The notes: generated by a model not told the origin, from the letters alone. 64,000 bases of DNA from Candidatus Latescibacterota bacterium (GCA_965116875.1 OZ220733.1:1312001-1376000); one strand, 5' to 3'; shown: positions 20,195-30,156, counted from the stretch's first letter. Made by a program: numbers and translations.

Positions 20195-23100
20195 ATGACA
20201 GATGCACAGATGAATCTCGATTTCGGGGGAAGGCCAACCGCGCGGGACATACTTGGCCGCATCCGCACCGATAGCCGTGATGAATCCGAAAAAGGACGCT
20301 GGTTCGAGCAGTTGTTCATCCGCATCGCGCGTCAGCAGCCCGAGTTCGAGGTCGACACGATCTGGCGCTGGCCCGACTGGACGGATCGCGAGGCGTTGAC
20401 AGGGCTCGACGGAAGGGACATAGGGATCGACCTCGTGGCGCAGCGGACCTCGGGAGAGTGGGTCGCCATCCAGTGCAAGTGCTACGAGGATAAGCACACA
20501 CTCGGTAAGGGAGAGATCGACAAGTTTCTCGGCGGCTCCCAACATCCGGTCTTCCGCCTGCGCTGGATCGTGGCGACCTGCCGGTGGGGAACCAATGCCG
20601 AGCGGGCTATCCAGAACGCCCACCCACAGGTCACGCAGGTCGACTTCCGTGAATACCTCAACGTCCAGGTCGAAGAGGTAGATGCCAGGCGCCCCGTTCA
20701 AGAGCCCTGGCCTCTACAAATGGAAGCGATCGAGGACGCCGTCGCTGGACTCGAGAATCACGACCGTGGTCGCCTCATCATGGCCTGTGGCACGGGCAAG
20801 ACTTTTACTGCCCTTCGCATCGCCGAGCAGGTTGTCCCGGAAGGGCAACGGATTCTATTTGCCGCCCCAACCATCGCGCTGGTATCGCAGGCGCGGCGGG
20901 AATGGCTCCGGCAGACCACGCGCAAGCTTGAGTGCATCGTTGTCTGTTCAGACCCGACCGCCGGCGGACGCAACGAGAACGAGGACATCCGGATTTCCGA
21001 GCTTGAGTGTCCGGTCTCGACTGACCCTCCCGAGATTGCCCGTTCACTCGTCGACGACGGACCGACCCGCGTCGTGTTCTGCACGTACCACTCACTGGGC
21101 AGGGTCACGGACGCACAGGCGTATCACAATGCTCCGGAGTTCGAACTGGCCATCGCCGACGAGGCCCACCGGACCACGGGAGCGCTTCTTGGGGAGCGCC
21201 GTTCGAATCCCGCGAGAAAGGTGGACTTCCAGGAGTTCCATGATGACGCTCGAATGCGTGCTCGGAAGCGCCTCTACATGACCGCCACGCCTCGAATCTA
21301 CACCCAACGATCAAAAAGCAAACTCGCCGAAAAGGGGTTCGAAGTCGTGGACATGGGTGATTACGGCGTCTATGGCCCGGAGTTTCACAGGCTTCCGTTC
21401 GCCAAGGCCGTGAAACACGGAATGCTCTCCGACTACCGTGTGATCGTACTTGGCGTGAGCCATGCGAGTGTAACACCGGGTCTGCGACGGCGCCTTAAAG
21501 ATCTTGACACGTCGACAAAGCGTAAGCAGGCGCTGACAACCAATGAAATGACACGAGTTCTGGGCGTCTCGCTCGCAGTAAACGGCGTCACCGAGGGCAA
21601 GGCGCTGGAGCAGCCGGGCAAGCTTCCGCGGACCATGGCGTTTGCGAACAGCATCCTGCGTTCGAAGTGGTATGCCGACGCGCTCATGGAAAGCGAGGTC
21701 TTGAGGGCCACTACCCGGCGCATGGCGACCGGGCGGGCGATGAAGGTGGTTGCCCGGCACCTCGATGCGTCTGCGAGCGCGCTCAGGCGCAATCAAGAGC
21801 TCCGTTCTCTGGCTCACGCCGACGGAGAATGCCGGGTGGTCTGCAACGTCAAGCTGTTTACCGAGGGCGTTGACGTCCCGCAGCTTGATGCCGTCGCGTT
21901 CCTCGATCCTCGGGACAGCCAGGTCGACGTCGTGCAGGCCGTCGGGCGGGTGATGCGGAAGGCGCCGGGCAAACGCTTCGGCTACATCATTGTCCCGGTC
22001 GTGGTCGAACTCGGTCGCGACGTCGCGGCTGCATTGGAACGTGGCACCGAAGGATACAGTACCGTCGGCCGTGTGTTGCGAGCACTTCAAGCCCATGACG
22101 GGCGCCTCGCCGAATCGCCAGCCACCTTCATCAAAGTGTATGAACAGGATCGGCCAAACGTCCCCAAAGATTCGGGCGCGGGCACGGTTCGTGAGTCCGA
22201 GGGCGAGTATATCCAGAGCAGACTCGACCTGAAGGAAGCCGAGCAGGGTATCTACGCGCATGTCGCGGCGGCTTCCGGTCTGGGCAAACCCGGGCAACTC
22301 GTTGCAGACGAGATCGTGGATGCGGTAAGGCACGTAAGCAGCGTGCTTCAGAAGGAAGAGATGGAGGAACCGCTAGCAAACGCTCTCGACCTTGTCCCGG
22401 AGGAAGACGGCGGCGCGAAGGGGATTTGTACAATCGCGGCGCTCATGCTCTGCAATGCCTGCCTTCTTCAACGCCGCCTGCGCGACGAACCGGAAATGAA
22501 AACGATCGTGCGACTTGACAGGGTGGCGGGCGCGAGTAACCCCAAAGAGGTCCTCGAAATTGCCTGGGAGTCCATCCTCGAAAAGGACTATGCGCCTGTG
22601 TTCAGGCCCGCTCTCGCGGTGCTTGGAGCGCTTCGTGAAGGAAACGCAATCGATGATGCGATCCGTGTCGTTGCGGAATGTGCGAACCGCGTCGCTGATT
22701 CCTTGAGCGATCTCGGATACGACCATGCAGGACCGCTCTATCACAGCATTCTTGGCTCCGCGAAGAGCGACGGCGCCTTCTATACGAACAACCTGTCGGC
22801 AATCATGCTGGCGCGTTTGGCGCTCAGCGAGGATTTCGTCGATTGGGCGGACCCTGAAGCGGTCGCGAATTTACGGATCATGGACCCAGCGTGTGGGACC
22901 GGGACGTTGCTGATGGCAGCGCTCCAGACGATCAAGGCGCGCGTTGACGCTTTCAGGAAGATGAACTCCGACAACCGCAAGCGAGGGCGCAAGTTCTCCC
23001 CCGAGACGGTCAAGGGGATGCAGCGTAACGAAATCGACATCCGCGACCGCCTTCATTCTGTGGATGAAACGGCAGGACAGGTCATCACCACCAACAGCGT

Positions 23101-24241
23101 CCGCACGTTCTTTACGCCCCTTGCAGACCAGCTACTCAAGTCCATTCAGGGCGTTCTGGCCAAGGTTATCCCGGCCACAGCCTGCATTGGCGCATCCGGC
23201 CTGGACGAACGACGTTTTCTCGCCGATCGCTTCCACGTCGAGCGTGTCGTCACCACGCACGACCCGAAGCGGATTAATTTCTCAGAAAACACCAGCATCC
23301 ACGAATGTTTGCTCATCTGCCGGCGATGGCACGGAGGAGAGCGCCCGGCCACGGAGTTCGTGTCGCTGCGGCGGATGCCAAAAGACGCGGCGGGAGCGGT
23401 CAAAGCCGCCGAAGCCATCGCGGACGGAGATCTCGCGGATTGGGGCGCCGCCCACCCGTGGCCCGCAGAACGCGTGGGCGCCGGCGACTGGACCCCTGCA
23501 CAGTGGTACGACGGTGCGCTTGCCGAGACCGTCTGGTTCCTTGAGGGGCATAGAGAACTTACGCCGGCAGGCGCCGTTCTTACGCCAGGGCCAACCGGAC
23601 GGGCCGCGCAAGATTCCTGGAGGCGTTCCGAAGGCGACCCGCGGGCAATAATGGTTTTCGACAGCGTGTCTGCCGCAATCAGGCGCACCATGCTCGACGC
23701 CCCGGAGCAGCCTGTGGCTCCGGGCGGGAGGCGCGCTCATTTGTACGAGAGGGTCCTTCAGGGTCGGGGAAACCTGATGCTGGCGACGCGATACAACACG
23801 GTGAGCGGCCGATTGACTGCGCTGTGGAGCAAGGAGCCAACATTCGGTTTCGGCTGGATTCCAGCACGGGGAACGGACAGCGCATATGAGCAGGCGATCT
23901 GCGCCTGGTGGAACAGCACCCCCGGCCGGCTGTTGCTACTCAATCGTCGTGCCAAGACTCTGACGTATCCCAAGTGGTCGGTAGCGCATTTGACGTCGCT
24001 GCCCGTTCCGAGGCCGGCGTCAAAAGGATGTGCCGAATTGACTGACGCATGGAACCGCTATCGGCAGGAGCCCATGCTTCCCCTTCGTAACGCCGAGAAC
24101 TGTATGGTCCGGCAGGCAATCGACGAGGCGGCCGCGTGCGCGCTCGGACTGGATTCGGGCGTTGTAGCGGACTGGCGAAGGCGGCTCGCAGCCGAACCGA
24201 CAATCACCAACAGGAGGAGTACAGACCATGTATCAACATAG
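20195..24241 (+). CDS. Type ISP-like restriction-modification enzyme (Mrr-like nuclease, SF2 helicase, incomplete N6-MTase, TRD)
   Basis: DIGID...AIQCK nuclease; MACGTGKT, DEAH, MTATP, QAVGRVMRK helicase motifs; GAFYT and DPACGTG MTase motifs; no NPPY/F motif IV. Confidence 0.88.
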   Translation: MTDAQMNLDFGGRPTARDILGRIRTDSRDESEKGRWFEQLFIRIARQQPEFEVDTIWRWPDWTDREALTGLDGRDIGIDLVAQRTSGEWVAIQCKCYEDKHTLGKGEIDKFLGGSQHPVFRLRWIVATCRWGTNAERAIQNAHPQVTQVDFREYLNVQVEEVDARRPVQEPWPLQMEAIEDAVAGLENHDRGRLIMACGTGKTFTALRIAEQVVPEGQRILFAAPTIALVSQARREWLRQTTRKLECIVVCSDPTAGGRNENEDIRISELECPVSTDPPEIARSLVDDGPTRVVFCTYHSLGRVTDAQAYHNAPEFELAIADEAHRTTGALLGERRSNPARKVDFQEFHDDARMRARKRLYMTATPRIYTQRSKSKLAEKGFEVVDMGDYGVYGPEFHRLPFAKAVKHGMLSDYRVIVLGVSHASVTPGLRRRLKDLDTSTKRKQALTTNEMTRVLGVSLAVNGVTEGKALEQPGKLPRTMAFANSILRSKWYADALMESEVLRATTRRMATGRAMKVVARHLDASASALRRNQELRSLAHADGECRVVCNVKLFTEGVDVPQLDAVAFLDPRDSQVDVVQAVGRVMRKAPGKRFGYIIVPVVVELGRDVAAALERGTEGYSTVGRVLRALQAHDGRLAESPATFIKVYEQDRPNVPKDSGAGTVRESEGEYIQSRLDLKEAEQGIYAHVAAASGLGKPGQLVADEIVDAVRHVSSVLQKEEMEEPLANALDLVPEEDGGAKGICTIAALMLCNACLLQRRLRDEPEMKTIVRLDRVAGASNPKEVLEIAWESILEKDYAPVFRPALAVLGALREGNAIDDAIRVVAECANRVADSLSDLGYDHAGPLYHSILGSAKSDGAFYTNNLSAIMLARLALSEDFVDWADPEAVANLRIMDPACGTGTLLMAALQTIKARVDAFRKMNSDNRKRGRKFSPETVKGMQRNEIDIRDRLHSVDETAGQVITTNSVRTFFTPLADQLLKSIQGVLAKVIPATACIGASGLDERRFLADRFHVERVVTTHDPKRINFSENTSIHECLLICRRWHGGERPATEFVSLRRMPKDAAGAVKAAEAIADGDLADWGAAHPWPAERVGAGDWTPAQWYDGALAETVWFLEGHRELTPAGAVLTPGPTGRAAQDSWRRSEGDPRAIMVFDSVSAAIRRTMLDAPEQPVAPGGRRAHLYERVLQGRGNLMLATRYNTVSGRLTALWSKEPTFGFGWIPARGTDSAYEQAICAWWNSTPGRLLLLNRRAKTLTYPKWSVAHLTSLPVPRPASKGCAELTDAWNRYRQEPMLPLRNAENCMVRQAIDEAAACALGLDSGVVADWRRRLAAEPTITNRRSTDHVST

Positions 24242-24746
24242 AGAACGAGGAACGATGCGGATGCTTTGTCTGGCGCTTGCGATACTACTCGCGTTCGTGG
24301 TAACTACGACTGTTGGCGCCATCGGACTTAGGTCGGCGGCGAATGCTCAGTCAAGTGAGCAACCAACCGAGGAATCAAGGAATGCGCTTGGTGAAGATCA
24401 ACCAGAGAATGCGTCAGACCGGGTTTTTCTCGCTGGATTTGGAGCGATTTCTTTGTTGGTGCTCGTAGTGTTGCCCCTCGTGGCCAAATGCGTAGTTAAA
24501 AATCACAACGATGGAAAAATGCAGAAGGAACTCCGCGGGCTTGGTCTACCCCGGGGCTCGGTTCGCGCCATGCTTGCTTTATGGATGGTTGGCTCCTACC
24601 TGCTCTTTCTGATTTACGCGGCAACGAGCTTGGACAAGTCCAACAATGATTCCATCAAGGTTATCCTCACAGCCTTTGGCCCGCTGGTCGGGGCCGTGCT
24701 TGCGTTCTATTTCGCAGGACGGGCATCTGCGCCTGACCCGAATTAA
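24228..24746 (+). CDS. membrane protein with LGLPRGSVRA domain, paralog 1
   Basis: AGGAGG RBS; overlaps the end of the Type ISP-like gene; about 4 hydrophobic segments. Confidence 0.75.
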   Translation: MYQHRERGTMRMLCLALAILLAFVVTTTVGAIGLRSAANAQSSEQPTEESRNALGEDQPENASDRVFLAGFGAISLLVLVVLPLVAKCVVKNHNDGKMQKELRGLGLPRGSVRAMLALWMVGSYLLFLIYAATSLDKSNNDSIKVILTAFGPLVGAVLAFYFAGRASAPDPN

Positions 24747-24832
24747 GGGTAATGGGAGGTATCGAACCAGACGGACTATCGCCGGCGCTAGGTCGCAGAA
24801 CCAACAATCACACAATGAAGGGGTCACGAGCC

Positions 24833-25411
24833 ATGAGTCAAGACAATCAAGACGCGAGTCCGGAAGCCGGTTCTTCTCCAGAGAAAACCAGGCAACAACA
24901 AAGCACTCCTCTTCAAGGTCCGCGGAAGAACTCCTGTCCTCAACGTTATCAAGAAGGATGGAAAAAGTGGGGCTCGTGTGCGACAGGCTTGCTTATAGTA
25001 GGCATAGGGATTGGGATCCCCTTCGTCGTTGTCGTATTCCTCAAGGACGAAAATTTGCACCTTGCTGGTTTCGCACTGATTACCGTATTGGTGCTAGTCG
25101 TGCTTCCGGTGATTTCCTGGATGCGGTGCTTCGATAAGGAGGAACTCCGGGGGCTTGGTCTACCCCGGGGCTCGGTTCGAGCCATGCTTGCTTTGTGGAT
25201 GGTTGGCACCTACCTGCTCTTCCTGATTTACGCGGCAACGAACTTGGGCAAGCCCAACGATGATTCTATCGAGGATATCCTCACAGCTTTCGGCCCGCTG
25301 GTCGGGGCCGTCCTCGCGTTCTATTTCGCACAGCGCGCATCAACATCCACTCCATCCAACAACAGAGAACAGAGAAACCCCACTTCAGTAGCGAGCGAAA
25401 CAGAAGCCTGA
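24833..25411 (+). CDS. membrane protein with LGLPRGSVRA domain, paralog 2
   Basis: C-terminal 67 codons nearly identical to paralog 1; start could be 24752. Confidence 0.75.
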   Translation: MSQDNQDASPEAGSSPEKTRQQQSTPLQGPRKNSCPQRYQEGWKKWGSCATGLLIVGIGIGIPFVVVVFLKDENLHLAGFALITVLVLVVLPVISWMRCFDKEELRGLGLPRGSVRAMLALWMVGTYLLFLIYAATNLGKPNDDSIEDILTAFGPLVGAVLAFYFAQRASTSTPSNNREQRNPTSVASETEA

Positions 25412-25842
25412 TGATCTGTAGTGACGGGTATTTTCCGGCGGCGGTATGGGTAGCAGGCAGGGATGGCCTGATTGGACGATGCGTGACATCAATCAGATCT
25501 TCGGTACCCTTGAAAGTGGTTTGTTTTTCGTCACATTCGATCTTGGGGTGCTGAAACGCGAATTCATCCGGCAAGAATTGAGACAGATCGACTTCATCCA
25601 ATCGCTTACAATATTTGGGACGATATCCGCTCCTCGGTCCAGACTACGACAGATTCGACGATATGGGCGTGAGTTGATCGATGTGGAAGAATGCTTCCAT
25701 AGGGTACGGGCGTCCCATCTCGAGCATGCCATCTGTTTTAGTTAAAAATGCAGTGATGGCAATCCCGGCGGCTCGTATATAAGTCAGTCGCCTGGTTCAA
25801 ATTTAACACTTCCTGACAAGACCTCCGGCCAGGAGGGAAAAA

Positions 25843-27324
25843 TTGGCAACTCAGAAACACATTGAATGGTTACTCGAAGGTGTCGAGAGCTGGAATGAGA
25901 GGCGTGAGCGCGATGATTTCTGCCCCGATTTGGCTGGCGCGGACGTTTACGGTGAGTATCGGAATGCAGGAAAGATCAATGATGATGGAATTCTCCCTCT
26001 TTGCCGAATAAACTTCAGTCAGGCAAATCTGACGAAAACCCGCTTCTGTTGTGACAATACGGGCGGTGGCGCCGATCTAAGGTGGTCAAACTTTCGGTCT
26101 GCAAACCTGCAGGACTCCCAACTGGCCAACTCGAGACTCGATGGTGCAATCCTGAACGGCGCGATCCTTGACAGAGCGAATTTATCTGCTGCAAAGCTCC
26201 ATTCAGCAGAAATGTCCAATGTTCAACTTGAAGAAACTCAGCTTTTTCAGGCCGACCTTACAGATGCAGATCTCAGTCTTGCGTACCTGAAAGACACCAA
26301 TTTCGATTGCGCGACGCTGGTTAACGCCGATCTCTCAACGGCAATCCTGACGGGCGCAGAATTCGCATGGTCGAGACCCTGGCAATCGAGGCTCTACGAA
26401 GGGGCTCAGGCTGAAAACAAAAGACGCTCATGCATGGGGGATGGCGAAAGTGTAGAGTGCGTCTCGCATCTGATAGGAGTATGTTCTGCCATTCAAGCCG
26501 AACATCCCGATAGCGTACTCTACTACAGGGGCGAGCACAAAGACTCCTGGGATCTGCGACCATCCGTGATGAGGAAGACGAAAAAGGGTGGGTACATTTG
26601 GCGCAAAAAAGAAAGCGACATGCTACTCGATCTCATGTCGGTACGGCCTGAGGACTTCAACAACACGACTTCCGCGCTTGCTCAATGGGTTCTGGCTCAA
26701 CACCACGGTCTCAAGACACGGTTGCTCGACGTCACGAGGAATCCACTTGTGGCTTTGTTCGCCTCGTGCGAATCTGAATGCAGGAACGGTCGCCTGCACG
26801 TATTCACAGTGCCGAAAGATTTGAAAAAGTCCTTCAACAGTGATACGATCAGTATCATAGCCAATTTCTCCAAGCTCACGAGTGCAGAACAAGATTTGCT
26901 GTTAGGCCGGACTGGCGAAGATATATCAAAGCGGGATCCTGATGCGCCTCTCGATATTGGGTACGAACATGCGATGCGTCGTCTTTACCATCTGATTCGC
27001 CAGGAGAAACCTCACTTTGAGAAACGGATCAATCCGAGGCATCTCTATCAGGTATATGTTGTTGAACCACAGCAGTCATTTGAACGTATTCGAGCTCAGT
27101 CCGGCGCCTTTTTGATTTCCGCATTTCACGAGCGTTTCGAGCGCTCTGAGGTCCTGAAGTACAATACCGGAATTCCGATTTATGACTATGGCAAACTGGT
27201 GGTTCCAAAAGAAAAGAAGGAGCGAATCCGTGAAGAGCTACGTCTATTGAACGTCACCCATGATACGCTTTTTCCTGGCCTCGACGAAGCGGCGCGAGCC
27301 ATAACAGACCGTCATTCCAAATAG
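25843..27324 (+). CDS. pentapeptide-repeat / FRG-domain fusion protein
   Basis: HIEWLLEGVESWN cap, A(D/N)Lxx repeats, then YYRGE...LRPS and AQHHGLKTRLLDVTRNPLVAL; TTG start with GGAGG RBS. Confidence 0.85.
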   Translation: MATQKHIEWLLEGVESWNERRERDDFCPDLAGADVYGEYRNAGKINDDGILPLCRINFSQANLTKTRFCCDNTGGGADLRWSNFRSANLQDSQLANSRLDGAILNGAILDRANLSAAKLHSAEMSNVQLEETQLFQADLTDADLSLAYLKDTNFDCATLVNADLSTAILTGAEFAWSRPWQSRLYEGAQAENKRRSCMGDGESVECVSHLIGVCSAIQAEHPDSVLYYRGEHKDSWDLRPSVMRKTKKGGYIWRKKESDMLLDLMSVRPEDFNNTTSALAQWVLAQHHGLKTRLLDVTRNPLVALFASCESECRNGRLHVFTVPKDLKKSFNSDTISIIANFSKLTSAEQDLLLGRTGEDISKRDPDAPLDIGYEHAMRRLYHLIRQEKPHFEKRINPRHLYQVYVVEPQQSFERIRAQSGAFLISAFHERFERSEVLKYNTGIPIYDYGKLVVPKEKKERIREELRLLNVTHDTLFPGLDEAARAITDRHSK

Positions 27325-27579
27325 CACATGCCTGCTGGCACGATGTCCCTGGAATTGGGCTTGTCTCGCAAAGTGTTTGACCGAATGGAAAGCGCATGGG
27401 ATGTGTCGTCGAGTATGGAATTTAAGGTGAACAGAGACCGGACGGAAAGATGAGGATGCCTCTGAGGAGAACGGATTACCTGAATCAAGTCCGTTTCGAA
27501 ACAATGGGTTCCGGATGGACCATACGTACCAAGTATCGCAGTACTTTGCAATCTCCAATTCAGAAGGGAACTGGTTCAT

Positions 27580-28557
27580 ATGATCGCATATAACCGATTC
27601 GCGGTATTGGATGTTCCATACTGTGTCTGGGATCCGGTGGACCCAATAAGACGGAACCTTGAGTTCATAGAACGAATTGATCCACAGTATTTCGACTACA
27701 TCGCAGATTTCAACGTAGAAGCTCTACAGGGTGAGACGTCACAATATGCGGCGACATCCTTGAGGATTGCCTAATGCCACGGGCTCGAAACACTATTCGC
27801 TTTGCTTGGCGCTTGCATTCAAGCTCCGGACTGCGTCATAGGTTGGCTCCAAAGGTACAGGCCAGACCAATTGAGGAAGTTGGTAGACGCGATTTCCAAA
27901 CGCCGAACCAAGATTCTCTGTAGACTTGACATTCAACGCGTTACTTTTGAGCAACTATCTGGCTTGATAAACTGTCTTAGTCTCAGGAATGAGGAAAAGA
28001 TCGAGAGACTAAAGGGCTCGTTCTCGACACTTTGGTATCGGTTTGCTAGTGACTTTCTAGACGGAAACCTGATCGCAGAATACAATAGCATAAAGCACGG
28101 ATTCCGCATTAACCCAGGTGGCTTTAAGTTAATGGTCGGACCCGAGAGCTCTCCAGGTGTGGCTGCTCCAGCGGATCGAATGACGTCTCTGGGAGGAAGC
28201 GATTTCGGATCTTCGTTTTTCTTGAGTGAAGGAATCGGAGTTGAGGAGGGCAGGAGAAACACAACACATTTCAGGCTAAAAGCGAATTCTCTGAATTGGG
28301 ATCCGGAGGGTATGGCGGCCGGATTGAGGCTCATCTCGATTTCTCTCAACAACATACTTGCATTTCTCAAGTTATTGAATGGTTTATCCGAAAACGTTAC
28401 TCTTCGATATCCGTGCGATGAAGCATACTTTGAGATACCATGGAGTTCATCGCAGAGCGGTAGGAGCATAGGTATAAACCCCATTGTCCGTGAGGAGGAC
28501 ATCGTTCGATTCTCAGACGAAGACATCTTGAAAGTGTATAAACAGAAACAGCGGTGA
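27580..28557 (+). pseudogene. HEPN-like protein interrupted by an in-frame TAA at 27772-27774
   Basis: ORFs 27580-27774 and 27802-28557 share a frame; reads LRIA*CHGLETLFALLGA; YNSIKHG motif. Confidence 0.65.
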
Positions 28558-28644
28558 TTCTGCGCGAACAGCGAATCTCCATATTGGGTGCCGTGGCGAG
28601 TTGTACTAGAATTACATTATGCGCAGTCGGTAGAGCGTCAGGTA

Positions 28645-28674
28645 TTGACATCCGCCGCAAATTGGGGCTATATT
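28645..28674 (+). promoter_or_regulatory. sigma70-like promoter
   Basis: TTGACA-18-TATATT upstream of ATG 28729. Confidence 0.5.
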
Positions 28675-28728
28675 TCCCGTGTATCAGGATGGTGTGAGAA
28701 ATCGCGTTCATGCTTGGGAGGTTACAAG

Positions 28729-29034
28729 ATGCCGCGTCGATCCATTATTATTACGAAGCCTGCTCATCGTTGCGTCGAAAACGAAGCCGACAGAGTTGGT
28801 GCGGAGACGGCACAAGAGGGGGACGAGTCTCGGCAGTACACTGAAGCCGGATCGCGTCCACCCGGGTTTGATCGAATCTCTGAGATGTTCGGTTCCGAAG
28901 ATGAAGCATGGTATTGGTTAACTACACCAAACGAAGCGCTGGATGGAGTGGAGCCGCTCGCCCTTCTTCACAGGAGGGAACTCACCCTGGTTGAGGCCGC
29001 CGCAAACGGGTACCTTCAAGGTGACTTTTCGTGA
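28729..29034 (+). CDS. Xre/MbcA/ParS-type antitoxin C-terminal domain protein (DUF2384-like)
   Basis: FGSEDEAWYWLTTPNEALDGVEPLALL; GGAGG RBS before ATG 28729. Confidence 0.8.
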   Translation: MPRRSIIITKPAHRCVENEADRVGAETAQEGDESRQYTEAGSRPPGFDRISEMFGSEDEAWYWLTTPNEALDGVEPLALLHRRELTLVEAAANGYLQGDFS

Positions 29035-29285
29035 TGGTAGGTTGCTTCTACATAATTGACCGCTATCGTGCCCTGTAATAGTCCGCCACACAAATTGAAC
29101 CCCGGAAATCACTGTCTCATCCTCCCGCCAGATACTCGGACAAATCGTCAGATAAAGGTCCTTGCAACACCTGTCCAAAAACGGATTTGATTGAATACGA
29201 GAATCGCGAAAATACGCGAAATGAATGGCTGAAAAAATCGTCCACAACCATTGGCGAAACGAGGCGGTCCTACCTTCGAGAAGAC

Positions 29286-30156
29286 TGTCATCCTGAGGAC
29301 TTGCCCTGCTTGTGCTGAGCTTGTCGAAGCAAGCCTGCGGTCCCTGAGCCGTTGTCCTGCTTGTGCTGAGCCTGTCGAAGCAAGCTTGTCGAAGGATTGT
29401 CGAAGGGTCGAAGGGGCCATCAGGCAGTTGAAGTGTCCGCGCACAAGTTCATCTACAAAGACCAAATGCGACACGTACATTCGAGAATACGGGAGATTCT
29501 TCGCTGCGCTCTGATTGTCATGTTTCGCGATAACTATTGGCAAAACGCTGAGCCCACACCTTCGCAGAACATGTCATCCTGAGGAGGCCAGCGCGCTCAG
29601 AATGACATGTTTTACGATTGCCATGCACGTGGTTTCCCGCTGTCATCCAGAGGACTTGCCCTGAGCCTGTCGAAGGGTGCCCCCAGGCCGACGAAGGATT
29701 GACTGCAGCAAGGGATCATGCCGTTGCGACTTGCAAGTATCTGTGTCACCTGAGAGGCAGCAAGTTCGCCGTACTCTCATTCTCAGGTCGTCAGACAGTG
29801 GATGCGTCCGCGCACAAGTTCGTCGCCGAAGTGCATGTGTTTCACGTCCAGTCGAGAATACGGGAGATTCTTCGCTGCGCTCTGAATGACATGCTTCGCA
29901 ATAACCAATGTCAAGGGGTCGACGGGCCGTTGAATGGCGGGCATTTCGACAAGCTTGCTTCGACAGGCTCAGCACACGCAATGGCCACGCGTTATTTGGC
30001 TCATTGGATGTCATTAAGCCGCTGACAGGAGACCCATAACCTGCCCTGCTTGTACTGCTTGCACTGAGCTCGGTCCCTGAGTTTGTCGAAGGGTGCCCCG
30101 CAGGCCGACGAAGGATTGACTGCAGCATCGGATCATGCCAGAGCGTCCGGCGTTCG
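29286..30156. repeat. cluster of nested palindromic repeats
   Basis: TGTCATCC...GA(A/T)TG(A/T)CA units at 29286-29520, 29572-29607 and 29641-29891, plus several CTGAGCyTGTCGAAG insertions. Confidence 0.8.

Noticed and set aside
25412-25800. Small ORFs or a gene remnant between the membrane pair and the FRG gene (similarly 19860-20140)
   Set aside because: Overlapping short ORFs on both strands with no recognisable motif; no call can be supported
16380-29100. Integron cassette array explaining the co-oriented island genes
   Set aside because: No consistent RYYYAAC...GTTRRRY attC sites after stops and no integrase; spacers are long and unrelated
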